NCBI GenBank assembly: GCA_018985225.1
Contig: JADGIF010000654.1
Coordinates: 1-5,459 of the forward strand
Origin: Amoeboradix gromovi X-113
Taxonomy: Eukaryota > Fungi > Sanchytriomycota
Direction: 5' to 3'
DNA length: 5,459 nt
The position numbers and the translations under genes were made by a program. Positions 1-5,459 of this stretch are shown piece by piece. Position 1 is the first letter of the stretch. The number at the start of each line of letters is the position of its first letter. The notes beneath the pieces were generated by a model. The model was not told where the DNA came from. It searched no databases and saw only the letters and a list, made by a program, of their open reading frames with translations.

Positions 1-352
1 GTTGTTACAGAATGTTAGTACAGTTTTTATATTTGATGTCCCGTATGTAAACACGCTGAAATCTCTTTATTTCAAGTCATATAGGCATTTTGGTGCAACA
101 AAATCTTATCCACCTGTCAAAAGTGTTCTGATGCAAGAGTTTACGACATAATACAATATAATTGCAAATTGGTTATGGAGCGCCAATGATAGTAATGACT
201 GTTTCCGGAACAAATATAAAGAAACCAAGCTGTACAGAATTTATCGGATTTTAAAATTTATCATACTCGGATTAAGCGAAAGAGTTAAATTTGGCAGAAC
301 TAGTGGATTCGTAACAATGATAAAAAGAGATGAGCAATTTGGCTCAGTTTCA

Positions 353-368
353 AATAAATGCATTTATT
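353..368. repeat. Perfect 16-bp palindrome AATAAATGCATTTATT
   Basis: Self-reverse-complementary; carries AATAAA on both strands (353..358 on +, 363..368 on -). Confidence 0.6.
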
Positions 369-920
369 AATATATATGCTTTAGTCAAATTTCCATGGTA
401 GTAAGATAAATCTGGGTTAATAAATCGAGCTGAATCAGTGTTGACATGATATTGGTCTAAACTTACAATATTTGATAATTGCTCTACTGTAGAAGTGTAA
501 ATAAAAGTAGACAAGGCCACGCGTATGTATAAAACAAGCTTTAACAAATGTAAGCTGAAATTTGCACTGTTCTCTCAGCTTGTTGGTACAAATAAAGAAA
601 GGTAAAAAGAAATACATGATAGTAGTAATCTTGAGAGACAATGTAATCTCATTTTGAATTTTCAAACTCAAGATTGCGCACATCATATTTAAATGTGCCG
701 TTATTCTAGGGAATTGATGGTTTAAATACATTAGAAGATATCTGAAACATATCAAGCGTATCCATATTTCACCACAAGTCAATTACGAAATTGTCTTCTT
801 GGCAAGGAGAAAAGCTTAGAATCGATTCATGGAATGCAATAGGAGATTATTAGCCTTAAGCTAAAAGTTTGAGATCATCCCAGCCAAATAACGGCTGCTA
901 TTTTGGCGTAAAATTGCAAA

Positions 921-929
921 ATGGTTTGA
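921..929 (+). promoter_or_regulatory. Candidate minimal upstream ORF (ATG GTT TGA, Met-Val-stop) ending 21 nt before the SHMT start
   Basis: AAA-ATG-G context (purine at -3, G at +4), in frame with the main ATG at 951, which has a weak TTT-ATG-T context. Only relevant if transcription starts upstream of 921. Confidence 0.2.
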
Positions 930-950
930 TTTAAGATTTTGTAATTTTTT

Positions 951-2376
951 ATGTTTCGCTCCTGCTTACGTATGACCCGCAATTTGATCAATTCCTCATT
1001 AAAGGATAGCGATCCTGTATTGTTCGACTTAATTAAACAAGAAGAGTATCGGCAATTCTCCTGTTTAGAATTAATAGCTTCAGAAAACTTTACTTCCCAA
1101 GCAGTACTAGAAGCAAACGGCAGTTGCTTAACAAACAAGTATAGCGAGGGTTTGCCGAATCAGAGATATTACGGTGGTAATGAATTCATAGATCAGATCG
1201 AAGAACTCTGTATTAATCGTGCTTTAGATGCGTTTAAACTGGACAAAACTAAATGGACTGTTAATGTTCAACCATATAGTGGAAGTCCTGCAAACTTTGC
1301 AGCATTTACCGCTCTTCTAAAACCCCATGATCGTATTATGGGACTTGATTTACCTAGCGGTGGTCATCTTACACATGGTTTCCAAACATTAAAAAAAAGA
1401 ATAAGTGCGAGTAGCATCTATTTTGAAAGCATGCCATACCAGGTAGATGAGAATACTGGATATGTTAACTACGAACAGTTAAAAACCAACGCCTTGTTGT
1501 TTAAACCGAGAATGATAATCTGTGGTGCTAGTGCTTATCCTCGGGACTGGGATTACGCGAAACTTAAGGAAATAGCCTCTTCTGTTGATGCCTATTTGAT
1601 GTGCGATATGGCTCATTATTCCGGATTAGTGGCAGCAGGTGAATCTAAAAATCCTTTTGATTTCTGCGATATAGTAACAACAACAACCCACAAAACATTG
1701 CGAGGTCCGCGTGCAGGTATGATCTTTGTTAACAAAACCATCATGGTCAATGGCGAGTCTGCTGGTCACCTAGTAAACCAAGCTGTATTTCCGGCATGCC
1801 AAGGGGGTCCTCATAATCATTCAATTGCTGGAATTGCTACAGCTTTGTTGCAAGTACAAACTCCTGAATTTGTTGACTATGCAAAGCAAGTTAAGAAGAA
1901 TGCGAATGCACTAGCGGTGCAGTTGAAATCATATGGCTACAAACTGGTTACAGATGGAACAGAAAATCACTTGGTACTGTGGGATTTAAGACCAAATGGA
2001 GTAACAGGCAGTAAAATGGAGAAAGTGTGTGATGCTTGCAGGTATTATTCAATAATTTAGCATAACTTTAAATAAGAATTCTGTTCATGGAGATAAAAGT
2101 GCAATGAGCCCTGGTGGTGTAAGAATTGGATCGCCAGCACTGACAACTAGGCAATTTAAAGAAAAAGATTTTACAAAAATTGCAGATTTCTTGCATGAGG
2201 CATGCCAGTTGACGATTAAAATACAGCGTGAATGCAAAAGTAAAAAATTAGTTGATTTTGTTGCAGCTATGGAGGGTAACGAGGAAATAATTGATTTAAA
2301 GAGTAGAGTAACGGAATTGGCAAAATCATTTCCTATGCCAGGGTATAATTCAAACAGTAAATTTGCTGAATTATAG
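951..2376 (+). CDS. SHMT: Serine hydroxymethyltransferase (PLP-dependent, eukaryotic type); two exons join(951..2041,2061..2376), 1407 nt = 468 aa + TAG
   Basis: Hallmark motifs [59 protein letters not shown]-lysine motif [12 protein letters not shown] (Lys248, nt 1692..1694), [22 protein letters not shown]. After removing 2042..2060 the junction reads [32 protein letters not shown], the conserved SHMT C-terminal-domain sequence with no indel. Confidence 0.97.
2042..2060 (+). other. 19-nt spliceosomal (GT-AG) micro-intron in SHMT, phase 2
   Basis: Sequence GCAG|GTATTATTCAATAATTTAG|CATA: CAG|GTA donor, TAG acceptor, very AT-rich interior, TAAT branch-like motif at 2053..2056. Excision joins AG+C (Ser) and fuses the two SHMT ORFs in frame. 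Confidence 0.9.
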
Positions 2377-2692
2377 ACATAGGAAAGCTTGCGTGAATCA
2401 TAAATCTTTTAAATTAAGTTTAAAACTATTTCAAAATTATTTTGGATTGACAACGGCATAGATATGATAGTCTGCTAAAACTAATAACGAAATAGTACAT
2501 TCATAGTAAACAATAACTAAATGAAACTCTTGTATTGCAATATGCTCTGAAGTGCAACACAATTTTCACCAGCAACTGACATGACATAAGACCTTGATAG
2601 CAGCTCGAAATAAATCAACAAAGCTGTTATTACAGCGCTAACTAGGGCTCGGCGTCAGGATAACATAATTTCTAACAACTACTTCCGATCAT

Positions 2693-3128
2693 TGTAGCCA
2701 CATTTAGCTCAGGATGGTACACTTTTCTATCATGTTGCCAGGAAAATATAAATTTTGAGTTTACAGCTACAGCTATATAGCAAGGGAATTCCTGCCTAAC
2801 AGGTCTAGCCAGACTACCTATTATTAATTACTCTCTTTCTGAATGGTTAACCAACAGCTTGTTAGTCTAATTGATATTTCAAAGTGAAATTGTAATTTCA
2901 ACATGAATATTTACTTGGTTCCCATTAATCTTCTTTTGCAATCTAAATTAAGTATCATTAATTAAAAAATTGAGAAACAAGCCTAATTTCTTTTAAAAAG
3001 AATAAACTCTCTAGCGTAGGTAGTTTAGAACAACAAATATTGAATCGCTAGAGTATTCTAGCCTAGCTAAAAAGCTTCTTACATGCCGCAAAATATAGAA
3101 GAATATAGGTTAATAACATTATGCTACA
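2693..3128 (+). repeat. Possible 5' LTR of the Gypsy element (436 bp)
   Basis: Begins TGTAGC (2693..2698) and ends GCTACA (3123..3128), a TG..CA terminal inverted repeat. TATATA at 2774..2779 and AATAAA at 3001..3006 lie inside; it sits upstream of gag. No second LTR in the window and no TGG-type primer-binding site follows. Confidence 0.25.
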
Positions 3129-3535
3129 AATAAATATACAACCGAGCATTGATAGTTCCTGCAGAGCACAAAACGGAGCGCATATCAAACAACCTCATTG
3201 CATTCGAAGCAAACGTCTCCATATCCGACCGAGGATCACAAAATGCTAGTGAGGGTGGTAACATTCATTAGAAATCTACAGAATAAACATAGAAACACAA
3301 GAACAGTCAGACAAACAATTAGACTCTGAGCCAGTAAAAGACAACGCCTTAGATATTAACTTTAATAGTGCTCAAAATCCAACAACCATTAGAATCAGTT
3401 GAACTAGCTACGATACAAGATCTCAATGCAGGCATTAAATGCATTTGGAAACAAGTTTACTGGAAAAGAGTCTATGAGAATTGACGAGAGGCTCCATCCG
3501 TTAAAATTTCTAGTGAAGCCAAATCAAGCTCAGCT

Positions 3536-3918
3536 GAGAAAGCATATGTGCTTGTCAACAGCGCACGTGGTCAAGCATTCACGGTACTAGCAGAAGGAGA
3601 CAGTTCCAAGTGCGAGGAGCTTAAGAGTGTGCTGCTAAGAGATTTTCACCAACCAGGCGCCTATATGAAGTCCATGCAAGACTTTTACAATGCACGCCAG
3701 GGAGAGAACCAGAAGGTAGCAAGATACTAGCATTACTAATTAGAGAGGTGAGTCGTATAAAAGATATGGCGTGTGAGTTATATGGTAAAGAGTTCGAGCT
3801 AATTAATACATATCTTGCCGTGGCCATCTTTGCACATGGATTGAATAGTGACGGTATCAAGTAGAAGCTTATATCTAAGGAATATGGAGATATCAAGAAT
3901 GCTTTTCAGGATGCATGA
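3536..3918 (+). pseudogene. gag: Retrotransposon gag (capsid) remnant
   Basis: Frame +2: EKAYVLVNSARGQAFTVL..EELKSVLLRDF..DFYNARQGENQKVARY (MHR-like QGxxxxVxxY at 3698..3727). Frameshift near 3728, then frame +1: IFAHGLNSDGIK*KLISKEYGDIKNAFQDA*, matching the capsid C-terminal F..GL...l......A pattern. Confidence 0.7.
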
Positions 3919-4035
3919 GGATGCTTCTCAGAAGTTCACAAATCATTTCGAATAAAGCTTGAGCCTGAGCAGCAGCCAAGAATCACGTTATTGAATGATA
4001 AGTTCCAGCTGACTAGAATCAGCAAGTCTTCAAAA

Positions 4036-4392
4036 GTCCTAGCAATTGTTGGAGCGAGCAGTACTCCTGTAGCTATCGAAAGTGGCGCAGATACGAGCTG
4101 TGTTTCACTAGAGTGTGCGGAGCAAGCTTGCGTAAAGTAAATGCAAAAGGTCAAGGCACCTGAGGTAAGATTCGCTGGAAACAACAAAGTGGAGCCACTT
4201 GGAATTGTTAGTATACTGATGAAGTTCCATAAGCATATAGAAGCGGTTCCAGTCAGGTTTCTAGTGTTCCAAGAGCTAGTTCCAGAATACTTGTTGGGTA
4301 TCTACGGAAAGGACCACTTGAAGATTCGATTGGACAGAGAGCAGGATCTGGTATGGATCTCCTGTATGCCTATTTCATTGAACTTTAGGTAG
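4036..4392 (+). pseudogene. Retropepsin-like aspartic protease remnant of the retrotransposon
   Basis: Frame +1: PVAIESGADTSCVS (DSGA motif with Asp replaced by Glu at 4078..4080), stop at 4138..4140, flap-like VRFAGNNKVEPLG, and FLV...YLLGIY (ILGxD motif, Asp replaced by Tyr at 4303..4305). Confidence 0.8.
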
Positions 4393-4679
4393 AAGAGAGC
4401 TCTGGTCAATGGAATGCAGTTCGGATTAATAAAGGGTCAAGGAAAAGCCGGAAAACTTGGAAACTAGTAAAAGATTTACTACTTATTACTTTCAGACATC
4501 GAGCAAGACCCGCTTTGTACAAAGACTTCCATGAGGTTTGAAATCTTGCAAGTATCAGCTCAAGAGGTCAGTATTGAGCCGTAATTGTCTAATACTGATA
4601 AAGATAAGATTAATATGTTCATAAACCTGTAGGAATACATTTTGCTTATTTTTAGAGCGAATGACAATAATCTTCCAAA

Positions 4680-5459
4680 ACTAAAGCTGTCGCGCATAAG
4701 ATTGTGACTGACGGCACAGTAGCTAGTTCGAAGCCTATCGGTTGAGTATGAGAGAGATGTATGGCTGAGGAAGAAATCGACAAGACGCTGTCACTTGGTA
4801 TAACCAGACCGGGTCATTTTGGCTATGCTAGTTCAGTGGTGCTAATACTTAGTCCTGGTAGGATTAGGAGATTCTGTGTAGACTATCTTAAACATCACCA
4901 GCACACCAAGTCAAACAGTATCCATAACCAAACGTAGATCAGTGTCTGTCAAAGATGAAAGGTGCCAAATACTTTGCAAAGCTAGATCTGGAAGCAGGAT
5001 ACTAGCAAATACCGATGTATGAAGCAGGTGTTCAGAAGAAAGCATTTGTGACACCATCGGGTCTTTAAGGTTTACAGTGATGCCTTTTGGATTTAATACT
5101 GCAACTGTCACATTCCAAAGAATGATGGACAGAGTTTTTGGCAACATGTCAAACGTGCTGATATATCTTGGTGATATACTCACCTATAAGACTAGCACAG
5201 AAGAGCTACCTCAGGTTACGAACAGTGTGCTCAAGAAGCTCACAATTTCAAGTCTCAAGCTGAGAGCAAATGGTGCAGCATTGGAATGCGACAGACCAAC
5301 CTCCTTGGCTATATTGTGAGTTATAGGAGTATCGAAGTGGACCTGCCGATGTGAGTGGAGTCATAGAAGTGCGGCAACCGATTACTATGTGCGGCATTAG
5401 ACAATTCATTGGTAAGGCACCATACTATCACAGCTTTGTGTATCAGTTTGCACATATTT
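4680..5459 (+). pseudogene. pol: Ty3/Gypsy reverse transcriptase remnant (pol), truncated by window end at the RT thumb/connection region
   Basis: Pieced across frames: AHKIVTD (HKI at 4695), EEEIDKTLSLGI, YASSVVLI, RFCVDY (4869..4886), LDLEAGY*Q (4982..5008), MPFG (5080..5091), YLGD for YLDD (5164..5175), LLGYIVS, IRQFIGKAPYYHSFVYQFAHI. Confidence 0.93.

Larger units (their letters stand above)
3083..5459 (+). mobile_element. Degenerate Ty3/Gypsy (Metaviridae-like) LTR retrotransposon, internal gag-pol region, running off the 3' end of the window; 5' boundary approximate
   Basis: Domain order gag capsid - protease - RT with no integrase between protease and RT (Gypsy rather than Copia order). 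RT motifs RFCVDY, YP*P, KYFAKLDLEAGY*QI, AFVTPSG, VMPFG..TFQRMM, YLGDIL, LLGYIVS, RQFIG..YY..F. Many in-frame stops and frameshifts. Confidence 0.92.

Noticed and set aside
350-782. Minus-strand ORFs 350..547 and 435..782 as genes
   Set aside because: Non-ATG starts in a eukaryotic context, overlapping in different frames, no recognisable domain; not supportable as CDS calls.
924-1004. Intron immediately after ATG 921 giving an alternative SHMT start
   Set aside because: The nearest AG (934..935) leads to an in-frame TAA; the next AG (1003..1004) would delete the conserved Leu before DP, and the GTTTGA donor is weak.
875-1138. Minus-strand 87-aa ORF
   Set aside because: Antisense shadow of the SHMT 5' region with a non-ATG start and no recognisable motif.
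2040-2104. SHMT as a split gene, frameshifted pseudogene, programmed frameshift or single-base sequencing error
   Set aside because: A simple frameshift would leave about six extra residues inside a conserved motif. Removing exactly the GT..AG 19-mer restores frame and spacing, and no slippery site is evident. ATG 2104 is an internal Met.
2356-2376. C-terminal SKFAEL as a peroxisomal or ER-retention signal
   Set aside because: AEL does not match PTS1 (S/A/C-K/R/H-L) and FAEL is not K/HDEL.
2885-2900. Inverted repeat TGAAATT-GT-AATTTCA
   Set aside because: Short and AT-rich; expected by chance, with no supporting context.
2521-3350. TAA/TAG-to-Gln alternative genetic code, suggested by frequent TAA/TAG in semi-open frames
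   Set aside because: The 468-codon SHMT has no internal TAA/TAG, uses CAA/CAG for Gln and ends at TAG at the expected length. The stops are explained by AT-richness and decay.
3621-5183. Minus-strand ORFs 3621..3896, 3936..4187 and 4911..5183
   Set aside because: Antisense shadows of gag, protease and RT remnants; no independent coding evidence.
4680-5459. RT as a retron, DGR, group II intron, telomerase or domesticated RT
   Set aside because: Motifs and the upstream gag/protease are typical Ty3/Gypsy, and the frame is broken repeatedly with the YxDD motif lost.

Overview
AT-rich eukaryotic nuclear DNA, standard genetic code. The central feature is an intact serine hydroxymethyltransferase (SHMT) gene, join(951..2041,2061..2376), 468 aa. 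The ORF track splits it in two because it carries a canonical GT-AG intron of only 19 nt (2042..2060), whose removal exactly restores the conserved EKVxxxxxIxxNKN motif. The protein resembles the cytosolic-type SHMTs of fungi and plants (recalled similarity, not a search result). From about 3080 to the window end lies a decayed Ty3/Gypsy LTR retrotransposon on the + strand (gag capsid, aspartic protease, reverse transcriptase), with stops, frameshifts and substituted catalytic residues; a possible 5' LTR lies at 2693..3128. Bases 1..900 have no recognisable product but may hide a decayed or micro-intron-containing gene. The most notable signal is an ultra-short spliceosomal intron in a genome that otherwise does not look compacted.
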